DNA from: Marsupella aquatica
Lineage: Eukaryota; Plantae; Marchantiophyta
Assembly (NCBI GenBank): GCA_973895155.1
Contig: OZ316895.1
Span: forward strand, 2,963,659-3,027,658
Direction of reading: 5' to 3'
DNA: 64,000 nt
Of this stretch, positions 24,246-37,752 are shown one piece after another. The notes under the pieces are model-generated. The model worked only from the letters and a program-made list of their open reading frames with translations. It made no database searches and was not told the DNA's origin. The first letter of the stretch is position 1, and each line of letters begins with the position of its first letter. A program made the translations under genes and the position numbers.

Positions 24246-26016
24246 TCTACTACTATAATAACGAATCCCGCCAGTTTTAGTCCTTTGTCCCGTCACAAAA
24301 ATGAAAAAGGAGGGAACAAAGCTAAGCCATCAGATATTTTCTAGAATTATTTATGGCTCTTGGATTGAGTGAGATGGGAACCTAAAATTGGCTGTAAATT
24401 ATAGTACAAGGTAGGTATGTAAGTTATAGTATAAGGTAGATATAATATGTCATAGAGTACTTGCAGGCGTTACTATAGTTATTTTGTAGCTTGCGTATAA
24501 TACTTTTTGGCATGGAGCATTAAAGTGTAAGTATATTATTTTATGGTCTATTAATTTAGAGTACATGTGGCATTATTGGAGCATTAAAGTGTAAGTATAT
24601 TATTTTATGGTCTATTAATTTAGAGTACATTTGGCATGGGGCATGAAAGTGAAAAGATTTACTTGAGATAATGTTTTTGGTAGGGAGCGGACACTAAGGG
24701 GAAGAGAGTAGGTTGACATTATATTATTTTGGCTTTTGCTCTTAAAAAGGAGATTTAACTCTTTGGAAGTTAGTTAATTTTTAGTTATCTTGCATGGACC
24801 CCAATTTCTATTTTGCACAATGATATTTTTCACTCAACAAAAGTTTTTGTGTAATAATGTATTTTAACAATTATTATTTTTATTCAACGATTATCTTTTG
24901 CACCACGTACGATCTATTTCTCAACAACATCTTTAACCAAACAACATCTATTATGCAACGCACGGGGATTGAAAGGATATCGAGAGAATGGTCATCTTTG
25001 CTAAACCCTAAAACACTAAACCTGAAACCGATAATATAACGTTGCTCCAATTTATAGTGGTCGCCATTCAAATGCATGGGCATTTTGGGTAAAAAAACAA
25101 AACAAAGAAAAAGACTCACTCCTTAGTTTCCTTGATTTTTTATTTCATAACATCTTTCACACAACGATAGCTTGGGTGAAACAACACCATTTTTCTTTTA
25201 ACATCTTTTACTTCACGATATCTTTGGCAAAATGACACATTTTTCTTAATAACATCTTTCACACAATGGTATGTTTGGCAAAACTACTTTTTTTTAAGAC
25301 ATCTTTTTACTTTGTGACATCTGTCACTTAACAACATCTTGGGCAACACGACATCTTATTTCTCAACAACATCTTTTGTGCAACGCACGGGTATTTTCCG
25401 TGAACGATGTCTTGGCCGACACAACGTTTTTTTCTCAACAACATCTTCGCCAACATGACAGTTTTTTCTCAACGACATCTTGGCCGACACAACGTCTTTT
25501 TTCTCAACGACTTCTTGGCCAACATGACATTTTTTTGCTCAATGATCTCTTGGCCAACACGACATCTTTTTTTCTCAACGTCTTCTTGGCCGACATGACA
25601 TCTTTTTTTCTCAATGACCTCTTGGGCGACAAGACATCTTTTTTCTCCACTACCTCTTGGTTGACACTACATATTTTCTTTCAACGACCTCTTGGCCAAT
25701 ACAACATCTTTTTTTCTCAACGACATCTTGACCAACACAACTTATTTTCTCTCAATGACCTCTTGGGCGACACGACATCTTTACTTTTAACAACCTCTTG
25801 GGCGCCACGACATTGTTTCTCTCAATGACCTCTTGGGCAACACGACATCTTTTCTCTCCACAACCTCTTGGGTAACACGACATCTTTTCTCTCCACGGCC
25901 TCCTAGGCAACACTACATCTTTTTTCTCCACGACCTCTTGGCTGACACTACATCATTTTTTCTCAATGACATCTTGGCCGACACGACTTCTTTTGTGCAA
26001 TGCACAATTGAGCTAG
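24246..26016 (+). mobile_element. Non-autonomous Helitron with an internal ~30-bp minisatellite
   Basis: 5' TCTACTACTA preceded by A; 3' hairpin TGTGCAATGCACA (25994-26006), then CTAG followed by T. Internal array TTCTCAACGACATCTTGGCCGACACGACATC at ~25140-25990. Confidence 0.8.
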
Positions 26017-26581
26017 TTCACCTATAAATATTTTGGGACAATTAAAAAGTTGGCGCTTTTGTGCAGTTCAACTGTCCAATTTTTAAGAAACCACGTGCCA
26101 TGCAAAATATATACATATTTCATATTTTTTATTTTGATCAGAATTTCACATAATATATTTGTACTCAAAAATAGAAAATAATTTTTATTGGATAATTATC
26201 TTTTATATAAAGTAAAGAAAGGTAAATTGGGGTTCAAGATTGGGGTTCAAAGTATAGTAAAATTCAGTGTCTTTTTTTGTGGTGACAATTTGCAATTGTC
26301 TTTCTGTCTCATTAGCCAGTGTTTCACCTAATCACAGGCCCCATTAGCTAGAATCTAACGGTCAGCCTTGAATCTAGGGAAATCTGACCATCAGGAATGT
26401 AATTGAATAGGGAATATTTCAAGCATCTGCTCCATCACACTGTACATTTGCCACTCTGGCAAAAAAGTGAAATCCTTAAAAACCACGCTGGTAAAATTGT
26501 AGTGTTGCCTCATGGACGTAGTCTTTAAAAAGTGAACTACATGTGTTTGGTATCGACTAGTTGTGTCTGTCTACTAGTTGT

Positions 26582-26925
26582 TGTTAGATATTGCTCTAGT
26601 CTTGTGACTCATGAGCTAACCACAGTTAGTCTAACTCGGGTTAGGACTTAGCTAATGTTAGCGGTAGTGTTGTTGTGTATATAGCCAGGGCTGATTCCAG
26701 ACCCTGGTGGAACTTAGGCTCATTGTTACGGAGCTAGTTGAGAGATAGGGAGATCTTGTGTTGTGGATGCTTGGTATGGCCGGTCGGCCTAGAGTGCAGT
26801 AAAGCTCTTGTGTGTTCCCATGGACGTAGCCTCATGTGGAGGTGAACCACGTATCTCTCTGTGTCAACTATTGTGCGTTGGATGGTTCATGGGCTTGCCG
26901 TTACGAATGTCGTCTATGCTCAACA
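26582..26925 (+). repeat. 5' LTR of copia element
   Basis: TG...CA termini, followed by PBS. Confidence 0.92.
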
Positions 26926-27419
26926 AGTGGTATCAGAGCATGCCTGGGAGGTGACGAGGTTTTTTCGTGACGGGTTTTCCAGGCTCGGGGGTCTCACTCC
27001 GCGAAAACAGCACATCACGTGTGAGAAAGTATAGGGTCCATTTATTAGATTATAGGAAAGACTTAAGAAGATTTGTGTAAGAACAATAGGGTCCAATTTA
27101 TTCATAAACACACTTTAAAGAATGATAGGCTTTTTTTGGGGGGGGGGTCCACTTCCATGGAATGGGTTGAGGAAAGATAGGGTAATATGCTACAGGAAAA
27201 AAGAGTATACATGTGTCACTATGGGATTGGGCCACATGGCACTCGTTTCAAATTAGGGGCTACTCAAATTAGCCAAGCTCAGTTCATTCCTTGCCTTGAC
27301 ATTGTCCATAAAGCATACTCATCCTGGAACATGAAAAGTTATTTTGTCCTATGTAGGAGATAAAAAAGTTCCCTATGCAATGGGGCAAGGGGAGGGGTAT
27401 CCAATGAGAGGGGTATCCA

Positions 27420-28500
27420 ACCAATGCAGTGGGGGCAAGGGGAAGGGCTCGCGAAGGGCAAGAGGTCGACGAGAAGGGGCTGGCGCAGGTCAAAGGGCTG
27501 GCCAAGGGCGAAGGGCTAGGGAAGGGCTGGCCAAGGGATGGAAGGGCTTGCGAAGGGCTTGCGAAGGGCTGGCAAACGGCTGGAAGGGCTCGCGAAGGGC
27601 TGGGGTTTAGACGATCAAATCCGAGGGGGCAAAGGGCGGCTGCGGCTCTCGATCTGATGTCGCTGTCTCCATCGATAGAGGCTCATGATAGAGGCTCGCG
27701 AGCTTGGTGGACTGGACTTCATGCTCCTCGTTTGATTTGATGCTGCTCGTCTGATTTGATTTCGTCTTCACTCTCGATGCTGCTCGTCTGATTTGATTTC
27801 GTCTTCACTCTCGATGCTGCTCGTCTGATTTGATTTCGTCTTCACTCTCGATGCTGCTCGTCTGATTTGATCTCGCTGTCTGATCTCGCAAGCTGGGCTT
27901 GGGAGCTGGAGGCTGGGATCGATAGAGGCTCGCAAGCTTGGTGGCTGGAGCTTGGTGGCTGGAGCTTGGTGGAAGGTCGCTGTCTGATCTCACGAGCTGG
28001 AGGCTGGGAGCGATCGATAGAGGCTCCCGAGCTTGGTGGCTGCTGGCTTGGTGGCTAGAGCTTGGTGGACCATATAGCAATGTCGATAATTTTTTTTAAA
28101 CTCCAAAGGGAGTGTTGCCTGCGCTGCTAACGGGAGTGTGGTCCAAAGCGAGTGTTGCGCAGCACCATGAGCTGTTGCGAGGGAGTCGAGGGAGCCGAGG
28201 ATGGTGAGTGCTGAGTGTTCCACTCCTACACTACTGCCGGGAGCTATTGCTTTGTGAGGATTGCGAGGGAGGTGAAAGTTGTGCTGTGAGGGAGGCGAGC
28301 GAGGCGCTACGAGGGAGGCGAAAGCTACACTGTAAGGGAGGCTCTACAAGGGAGGCAAAAGCTGTGTTGTGAAGGAGGCGAGGGAGGCGCTACGAGGGAG
28401 GCGACAGAGGTGAGTGCTGCACTATGATCAAGGGAAGTGCTGCGCTGCAAAGGAGGTGAGTGCTGCGCTGTGAGGGAGGCAAGCTAGGGTCAGAGTGCTC
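27420..28500 (+). repeat. GC-rich tandem repeat blocks in the left arm of the P-like element
   Basis: GAAGGGCT(G/T)GC units at 27440-27605; 37-bp unit GATGCTGCTCGTCTGATTTGATTTCGTCTTCACTCTC x3 at ~27740-27870; GAGGGAGGCG units at 28260-28480. Confidence 0.8.
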
Positions 28501-30407
28501 CGCTGTGAGGGTTGCAAGTGCTGCGCTGCTTGCTCAAACAGAGTGCTGCTCTATCAACTCTGGTATGGGAGTGCTCTTCATTTCTTGCTTTGACAATCAG
28601 GCTTTCTATGGATTGAAGTCATGTTCCAAATCATAGGCTTAGTCAAGAGGAAGTAAGTTGCTTGCTTTGTTTGTGCTTCTCACTTTTTGCTGATTGAGAT
28701 GAAGTGCTTTCAATCAGTTGCAGTTGGGCTGCGAGGTGGGCTACAAGGTGGGCTACGATCGGGTTGGGAGTTGGGCTGCAATCTGGTTACTAGGCTGCGA
28801 CCTGAGCTGGGCTGCATTGTGTTGCAATCTGTGAGTTGCATTGCCTGCAATCCGGTCCGGAGCTGAGCTACGCTGCTGCTGCAATCAAGTGCTCTTGGAC
28901 TGCTGTTGCGATTGAGGCTGTTGGAGGATTGTTGCTGCGATTGAGGCTGGTGTTGCAATTGAGGCTGGTGCTGAACTGCTATGATTCAGAGCTATTGGTG
29001 AGAGACTGAGCTTCCCTTGTTGAGCTACGTTGCTACGTTGAGCTACATTACTTGACCTGGTACTTTGCGCTGCGAGGTGGGTTGCGATCGAGTTCAGAGT
29101 TGTGCTGCAATCTGGTTGAGCTGGGTGGGTTTCTATGGCAACTGTGTCCCAAAATTGCAGGCTTAGTCAAGAGGAAGCTGCTCACTTTGTTTGTGCTACT
29201 CGCTGTGCTACTCGCTGAGGTGATTTCACTTTGAAGATGAACTAAGTGCTATGAACCGGCTTATTGTAAACGGGATTGTAAAGGAGTTATGATCAAGCTC
29301 TAGTGAGCTCTCACAACAATGTTGTTGTTAATCAATGTTGCGCTGTAGCTAGATGCCATTGCTTGACGTTGTGCTTTCAGTTGCGTTTTCAGTTGCTGGG
29401 CTGCAATCAGGTTGAGAGGTGGGCTGCGCTGTACGGAGAAACATTGGGCTGCCTCTGGAAATCAGAAAATCAGCTAAGACAATTTCCAGGCCGGGAGATT
29501 TCCAGGGAGATTTCAACTACGTTCAGGTACGGTCATTTTTAGAACTCGCTCCAGAGCTTAGTCTTCAAGTGAGCAATAGTTCTAGCTCATAGTGGAATAG
29601 GATTGACAACTCTTGTTCTACTACAGGGTATCGTTGCAGACTAAGTGATTCATTTTTTAATTATTCATTGCTTATTGGAACCGAGGCTCAAACCAAAACT
29701 TGCTTTGTTTTCAGGCTCCTCTGGCTATTGGACTGCTGTTGAGTTGCTGAGGGCTAATAAAAGTGTCCCATTTTTTACACCTCAAAGTGAAATCAGGTAT
29801 GACTTAGGGGACTCGAACATGTTTGCAACATTAATTGCATGCTTACTAGTCTGGACCAGGCTCTGGACACTACATCGAAACTTTTTTTTGCTTAGCTATC
29901 AATTTTGTAAGGACTAGGTCACACATCTCTGTGCGAAAGTGTGTTCATGTTGGGAAATTTTGACCAGAATTTGTTGTTGGATAGTTCTTATTGAATGATT
30001 CAGTTCACCCTCAAGTAGTTGCAGGGGTACAGGCAAAGCAAGGGGCTGTTGAGGAGCACCTATGTTTATGCTGCTGCAACCTCTGCTAAAATGTTGAGTT
30101 GAGGTATAGTACGGGACCTGTGCTGGTATTAAATTTTAGGTCTGTCATTTCCATCCATGACTTCAACCATTTCTAGTCGTGCAGAAGTTTATTTAGCTTC
30201 AAATGTAGTAGGAGAATTCTAATGTAGTCCATGAAGTTAATTTTGACATGTGGGCAATGTTGCTTCTATTCACCAGAGTTGATGTTGAGCTGCTGGGCGG
30301 ATCAAACTCTTTTTGAAGTGTGGTGCCTGGAGATGTTGTGAGATTCTTTAGGTTTGTCGAACGCAGAGGCAGTTGAGGTGTTGCCCCATTCTGATTACTT
30401 GTAGACA

Positions 30408-30854
30408 TTGTTACTGGTAGACATTGTTAATTCATCATTTACAAAAAACAGTGTAATGGCTATATTGAAGATTACCCTAGAGGAGAATTATGAGAAGCTC
30501 CTTTTGCAGCATCCAGACGAATGCTGCTGGTGTGAATCCTGTGTCAAGTGCAGGGTTGGCAATGGCAATTTTGAATGGTTCCATTGCTTTTGCTTGAAAA
30601 TGCGCGGAAGACTTGTTACTAGGACATACATGGCAAAGAACGGCAAAGTTGTCACACGCCGCTGGAAGTGCTCTTGTATAAGGCCAACCATTTGGCCTCA
30701 AAATGAGTGTCTTTTATGCAAGATTGTCATCCCGGACACGCTTGACATTGTAGTCCCTGATAGTATTCCACATATAACTGAGCTTGATATTGTAGCCCCA
30801 GATAGTATTCCAGATCAAGCTAAGGTTACAGCCCATGGATGCTTGACATTGTAG
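30408..30854 (+). CDS. Small Cys-rich ORF of unknown function (P-like element cargo)
   Basis: 148-aa ORF with CCWCESCVKC...HCFC...KCSC...CLLC. No family recognised. Confidence 0.4.
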   Translation: MLLVDIVNSSFTKNSVMAILKITLEENYEKLLLQHPDECCWCESCVKCRVGNGNFEWFHCFCLKMRGRLVTRTYMAKNGKVVTRRWKCSCIRPTIWPQNECLLCKIVIPDTLDIVVPDSIPHITELDIVAPDSIPDQAKVTAHGCLTL

Positions 30855-31501
30855 TCCCTGATAGTACATGGATGCGTTGTTCATATATGACTAGGCCTTT
30901 GTTTGCAAGACTGCAATTATCACCCTATTCATTAAAACTGGAATTTCTCTAGTCCAGAAGTTGACCTTCAAATTTCTTATTTTACCCCCAAAAGTTCTAT
31001 AACTTGTTCCCCAAAAGCATACATTTTAGTGGCCAAATATACACTTTTTGAGGTCTAAAATTACAATTCTAATGCCCAAATTATTAATTAAATAATTCAG
31101 TTATCAATTATTAATACTTATTAACCGGTGATGTATTATAAAAGTAAAAACCTATTTTTACAGGGTCGAGACCACGTCTGCCCCAATGCAGGCTCTAGAT
31201 GGTTTTGACCGGTTGTTGAATGTATATCAATTACTATGTAAAAATCTATGTCAAGATTATCTCGACCCAAATGTAGGGTCCACATAATTTTGACCCGTTG
31301 TTGAATCTATATCTCTAGCTATTCCCTTTGTAGAGGGTCTAGACCCAAATAACCTTTTTCTGAGAACATATCTACAAGTAAATGAGGATCAACAGCATCT
31401 AGACTCAAATGGATACTACGCATAGCTTCACTCTTTTTTCGAGTAAGAATATGTATATGTACAACTCACATCGTAACTGTTCAGTGTAGGGTCGAGATAA
31501 T

Positions 31502-32776
31502 CTAGACCCAAATCTCATGCTCCTCCACCCCGCAGAATTCATTTGAGCAAGTAAACCTAGACCCTGACGGGTCATATTTCATATCGCGATTACAGAAATT
31601 GAGAGGCTTTCTATTCCAGAACTTTGTTGTGAGGTCCCTACACCTCAAGACTTCCAAAACAAATCCCCGATGATTGTCTCTGTAGGGTCCTGTGTACTGA
31701 TATCCAATTAATGTCTTTGCAAGGTCGTTGATCGCCTCCTCCGTCAATTCCTCCATTGGTGGTAATTGTTGCACTTCATTTTTGATATCCCAGGGAATTT
31801 CGTCCGCTGTAACATCCAAGACTGTATGGATAACATTGGGAACCCATACCATACTACCCCACCTCTCCGACAACAGAGCATAAATGGCAGCCTGTTGATC
31901 CCTGTCCGATAAAACATTGATCATAGACCACTTTGGATGATTGATAAAAAGATAGTGCTGAAGATTGAAGGCATGATACAATTTCCTGAGCAGAGGCCAT
32001 AGTATTTCTGGAAAGAATGTATCATCCGTGGAGTGATGCGAAAATGAGGAAGGAAACAACCCACAATTCTCTGGATTTGCAAACGCCTTCATTGGAGTGT
32101 CATCAAGAAGGAGTGTATTAGTTTCGTCGTATAATCCACCATAACGTTTCCAAACAACCCTCAAATCCTTCAAAAGAATATTTGCCTTCCCATCGGTAAT
32201 GTCAGGCCTCTGGATTCCAGTATCGAATGTATCTTCTTGAGTGAGAATAAACTTGAATTGCTCTCTCTCTTCTTGATTGAAGATCAAATGAATCATTTCA
32301 TCTGTCCTGGGTTTCCTTGCACAAGTCCAAATGACAACATCAAATAATGAAAAAGCTGCGATTAAGAACTCATGAAGATGGGGTCGCTCAACATACATAA
32401 AGTTAAACCCTCCACGTCTCCCCCAGTGGACACCATTGACACTTGTTGCACTACGGCGCGGTCCGGAACTTGGCGTTTTGACAGAATCCCAGCACATTTT
32501 GTTGAGGTCAAGAATCAATAGCTTTCGTCTGATCGGACCGTGAAGTGGAGGCAAGGGTCCTGCAAAGTACGAACACCAACGTTAGAATTGTGGGAGATAA
32601 AACAAAGGAATGCTCGAGACGATCTCGAGCATCACAAGTGAATGAACAACAGTCAACATCATACCTGTTGTTTGTGGAAGGTCAGTAGTTGAAGAAATCT
32701 CAGGATATCTTCGGAGATTATTGTCGACGCACTCCACAATTGGTAAGGGCCCGCCTATTTCTGTGAAGGTAGACAT
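31502..32776 (-). CDS. FCP1/NIF-like (UBLCP1-like) HAD-family phosphatase homologue
   Basis: Motifs RRKLLILDLN, RPHLHEFL..F.VVIWT, KDL..VW, NTLLLDDTPMKAFANPEN. Exons 32776-32665 and 32559-31502 join in phase. The DxDx(T/V) motif is altered to DLNKM. Confidence 0.8.
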
Positions 32777-32980
32777 AATAATTTAGACGGCTGAATTTCC
32801 GGACAGTTCAAACTAACTTGGGTTTCAACCTCACGTGCTGAAAGACCCAAATTCATCTAGAAGGTTATCTCCTAGTAGGTTTTGGATGTCCAAATTTATC
32901 CCTCCGGGAAGGGTCTCAACAAGAGCTGGCTCAGACCAAACTGGCACTAATTTAAACTTATCCATCCTATACTTTCTAGA

Positions 32981-35900
32981 TCAAATAATCTTCTCAGACT
33001 GCTCTATAGAGACTTGTTGACCTTTTGACGGTCCATCAGTCCAAACATAATGAGTAGCACTTGCTTTGAGTGATTTGTAACCAGTTCTACCGATTTCAGT
33101 CCCCGGTTTCCTAACAAAAGGGAGAATTACGGGGCTTCCAGTAGAAGAATCTTTGAAAACAAGCTTATTCTCTGAAGCGCAAAACATTTGGTCCAAGGGA
33201 GAGGACGATGCACCTGCCTCGTCCTGAGGGGGAGTATGGAAGCCACTAGCTTTCTTAGTAGAGAAAATCTCATCCAGTTGAGGAGGGCTTGGAATTGGTT
33301 GGCTAATTGCATCCTGCAGGGTGGATTCCCAGCCAACATCCAAGGTTGAAGACTGTTGTTCACGTTGTGCATCCCCAAGGCCACCCGATGAAGGAACACT
33401 TGGAACATCGAGATCATCTCGAGCATCATTTCCAAATTCAGGGAGTATTTCACCCTCCTCTTCCATGTAGCTTGTAATTTTTGGGCCCTCTGTTTTGCGA
33501 TGCTCTAAATTCTCCGCAAATACTTCCTCATAAACACTGGCTTCCACTGGAGCTATGTCTGCGGCCGCCTCTTCTATAAGAACGAGGGGACCAGCAGTAA
33601 TTTCCTCAGATGGTAACGGCTCCTTGGGTGGCACATATAAAACTTGCTTGTTGTCATGAAGGAGCTGAGCAAAGGCTTCAGTGAATTCCATCTCTTGAGC
33701 TGTGTCCGAATACACAAAACAATCCCGACCAAGAATGACACAAGCTTTCAATGTCTGTCCTCCAGAGAAGAAATCCAACACTGTATGACCTGGGCACGAG
33801 AAATAATCAACAAGACGCTTTGTCATTCGCAAAGGCTTTGCTCTCGGATTTACAAAGCCACCACGCCGACCGACCATCTCATAAGATGGGGCCATCTTCT
33901 CCAAAACTTCGACATCAACAGTGGATTCATCGAGCTTCTCTTTCCCCTTTGATTGGTCTTTGTTGTTCCCAGTAGGGGCCTTCAAAGGCAAGACAGTGAA
34001 GTCTTTGTCCCACTTCTCACTGTAGTTCCAGAACGCATAAAAGTCATCAAAGAAAATTTGGGACCAGTCTGGTTCCTCTTCACAACAAATTCCCCCAAAG
34101 ATGATTGAGTCCCGAGCTCCAATGAGAAAATCTCCCTCCTCCTTGGGCACCTGATCACGGTAGTAGCTCCCGTACTCCAGCTTCGTGTGCACTTTCTTCT
34201 CACGACGAATCTTTTCAAAGGCACTCTGAATCTGGCCTATCAATGGGCCTTGACGGACAAAAAAGATTACTAAGACCTCCGTCGAGTTCGCCATCTGCAA
34301 GCAATACTCCAGCAAGACAAAAATTTTGGCATCTGTCCACTGCCGTTGTCGAATACGACCAAAATCGACAATGGAGAGTGGACACGTCCTTTGCACCGAG
34401 TCAACAACCTCAGGCTTCATTGTCCTCATCAAATTATCGCTAAAAAATGTGCGATAAGGAGTATCCTCCATTGAAGGCAATCCGCCAAATACCTTGCAAT
34501 ATATCTGCTCAAGCCTCACAATGAGACTTTGCGGAAATGGGTCTTTTGGCCTATTTCTTTTTAGGAGGTTGGAAATCCAAACCTCTCCAGCAAGTTGTCT
34601 AAGTTTGGGCAACTCACCACGATCCATAAATGCAGGCAACAATTGAGTTAGCTCAAACCAAGTGAGTGAATTGGTAAACCGATCCGGATACTTCAAAACG
34701 AAGTACTCCACAATTTTTACCCTCAGCTTGGTCATGACTTTGAAAGTATGAGCCATATCACTCATTGATTGAATATCAGATTTGTTGGCTTGGTCTTTCT
34801 TCAATAAAACCTTCTGTTGTTGAACGACATTAAAAACTTTCAGAATGTCGTCATTACTCAGGTCTCCTTCAAAGCATCTAAACAATGCCGGCGTAATCAT
34901 TTTTGTTGTCCGGGCTTTCCCGTTTATTTTTGAACCTAACTCCCCTAGACCATCCGAAAGAAGTCCCTTGACCCAATCGATGCACATTTGTCTCCAAGTT
35001 TGGAAGAGGTTCTCATCCGAAAACAACAACCAAAAAATATTCCTCAGATCGGATTTTCCAGTCGTTATTTTGGCAAGGGCCATAAAATCCTGGTCCAAAC
35101 AGTACAAAACAAATCTGAGGCTCGAGACAATCTCGAGGTAGAATTAAGGAACTATGGTAAAATTTATGGGGAATACATGAAGATAAATCAAATACAGAAA
35201 CTTGACCTTGAGGCTCGAGACAATCTCGAGCTCGAAGTGGATTTGAGTTCAAATATACCTGGAACTTTTGATGATCCGTTAGTCTATTGGACCCAATCAC
35301 GGGTCTCTCCGGACGGCCACACTCGTCAAATTGTCGACGCGCATGGACCATAGTATCAAGAAAACAGGACTCATACTCCATTGTCTTATTAACAGCATTT
35401 GCCCTTTGTGAGTGTTGAGCAAGTATTGTCCTTGGAGTTCTGTCCGAAAGAATTCGTGACTTTCGATATTGTAGACTCTTCGCGACCTCCTTCAACTTCG
35501 CTCTTAGCCCAACCTATGATCCAAACAGCTGCTTTTGCCGAGTGTTGTCCACTGATTGCAAGGAACTGCACCTTCTTATTCTTAACACCCCACTCAAACT
35601 CCTTTCGATCCTCAGTAGTATTCTCATAATGGAGCAACTGCAAACTCTCTCTTGAATACGGAATCAAATCCGCCACAGCTGGTACCATTCCAGGGTTTCT
35701 AACCATGGATTTTGCGACCTCCATGGCATGGTCTTTATTGAACATCCTATAAACCAAAACTGCAGATGGCGAATCTATACTGGTGACAGGAATGTCAAAA
35801 GTTTCATTCATGCCAAATGTGTAATACTCCTCAATCTCCTTAAGAACTTTGGCTCCTTCCTTAACGCTCTTTTCTCCCGGAGCATCTCTTGGAGTGCCAT

Positions 35901-37752
35901 CATCATCGGTATGTGCATTCACACCCGAGGAAGATGCCGGAATGAGATCTACCTTGGGCGATGCGGACTTTTTTGGCGGATGAGCCTTCTTCGATTTGAT
36001 TTCGGGTTTGTCAACCCTCTTCCTCTTTTGAGACACCTTCACTTCCTTTTTGTCCGAACCAGAGGTCTTGTCTCCTGCAGCTATGGATTTCACTTTACCT
36101 GTTTGTCTCCGATGAGACAACACCCACTTTTTACAAGCATCCTGGTCAAATTCTCCGGCTCCAAACACAAAATCAGGGGATATAGATTCAAACTCCCCCA
36201 ATTTGGATTCCAACATTAGTCTCAAAACCTTCCACGTGAAAGGAGTCGTGAATGCATCATCGCGATCAAGCCCATACTTCCGACAATAAAGGAATCCAAA
36301 AATTATGTCCGCGCGCTCCAGATATAGGAGTATCTTCTAGCAAATTACTTGTAGTAAAACCCTCGGGGAAGAAACCCATTGATATCACGCTCAGTTGTTT
36401 CCTGGCTGCACGTTCAATGTTAAGATCGCAAGAGTAGTTTTTGGCGTGAAGTCTAATTAGAGCCCACTTCCCTGTTTCGTGGTTCTCCACCGTCAAAACC
36501 ATGTCCTTACCGTTACTCGTCACAATAGAAACAACAGGCCCTAGAAGGCTGCACACCAGAGGATCGACTGATGGAGACCTCATCTTCACACAAATAATAG
36601 TTCCTTCCATGTCTTCAGTTTCAGCAAGCTCAATGGCCCAACAGAATCCAAATAAACTTTGTCCAGGGCAGGAAATCTCAATTGCATGTTCATCTTCGAC
36701 TACCAAATTAGGCGATCCCAATTTCGCACCTGGTACAGCAAAAATGTAGCAATTGTCAGGAACATGTACTACAAAACCAAGAAACAAATAGGTGGCTCGA
36801 GATGATCTCGATCTTCAGTTTACTATTCAGACATGTTCCAATGCCATTTCATCCGTGGAATTTAAAAAGAGATTTCAAACCCAAGAATCCCAAGAAACAC
36901 TATAGGCTCGAGATGATCTCGAGCCACCATCTGTTTAAAAGAAAAAGATAAGGGCTCGAGATGATCTCGATCCACATATATATCAGTTGAGGCTTTATTC
37001 CAACTGGTCCAAAAGGCAAGCTTGGATCACATTGAAAAGGATATTAGTAATTGAAGTAGACAACAAGGAGTCCTTCCAACTGGAAGAAATTGGCCAAGGG
37101 AGACGAATGAACATAAGGGAAGACGGTGTGGGATATATTCGGCTCGAGACGATCTCGAGCCTAACATATCAAATGAGTGATCTGAATATCATATTCAACA
37201 ATTAACATCATATTCAATCAACGATAAAAAATCCACTTTCTCCATTAACTTCTGATACCCACAAACCCGTTCGGATGTCAATGATCAGAACGAGTTGGAG
37301 GGCACAGAAGTCCCTGGAGGAAGGAAATTTTAGATATTTTAGATATGATGTTCAATTTTGAAGGGTAAGGGTTTCCAACTTGAAGAAATCTCACTAGGTC
37401 ACATGCAGGAATTGCATATTGGCTCGAGACGATCTCGAGCCTCATGCCACTTACATCAAATGCAAAATCAATTAATAGATCACAACTTTTGAAACAAAGT
37501 ATTGGAGAAAACATCAATAGGCTCGAGATCATCTCGAGCCTCAACGGCATCCAAGGAATCCAAAAACAAGTGGACCAATTGAAGCTCGAGATGATCTCGA
37601 GTTAAACCTGAACAGAACAAAGATGAAGAATTACGTTTAATGGTGCGATGGATCTGATGTGCTGAGTCTAGATGGGTCTGGAGCTCTTCGCCAACGGTTG
37701 CAAGGTTGTACTCAGCGAAGTCCTCCTTGGAGAAATCTACAATAGTCGACAT
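32981..37752 (-). pseudogene. Large ParB/Srx-like domain + beta-class N4/N6 DNA-methyltransferase-like fusion gene; two apparent frameshifts
   Basis: ParB-like segment IPVTSI...RMFNKDHAMEVAKSM...FLAISGQHS (~35540-35800). MTase C-terminal motifs VNPRAKPLRMTKRLVDYFSCPGHTVLDFFSGG..LKACVILGRD (~33720-33855). Phase-0 intron 35090-35258. Frameshifts near 36275 and 35500. Putative first exon from ATG 37752. Confidence 0.7.

Noticed and set aside
25376-26027. ORFs in the minisatellites (also 27344-28223, 50909-51428 and 61490-62094)
   Set aside because: They are by-products of tandem repeats and have low-complexity translations.
32981-36225. Bacterial or phage contamination as the source of the ParB-MTase
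   Set aside because: The gene has GT-AG introns and is nested within eukaryotic transposons with clean junctions.
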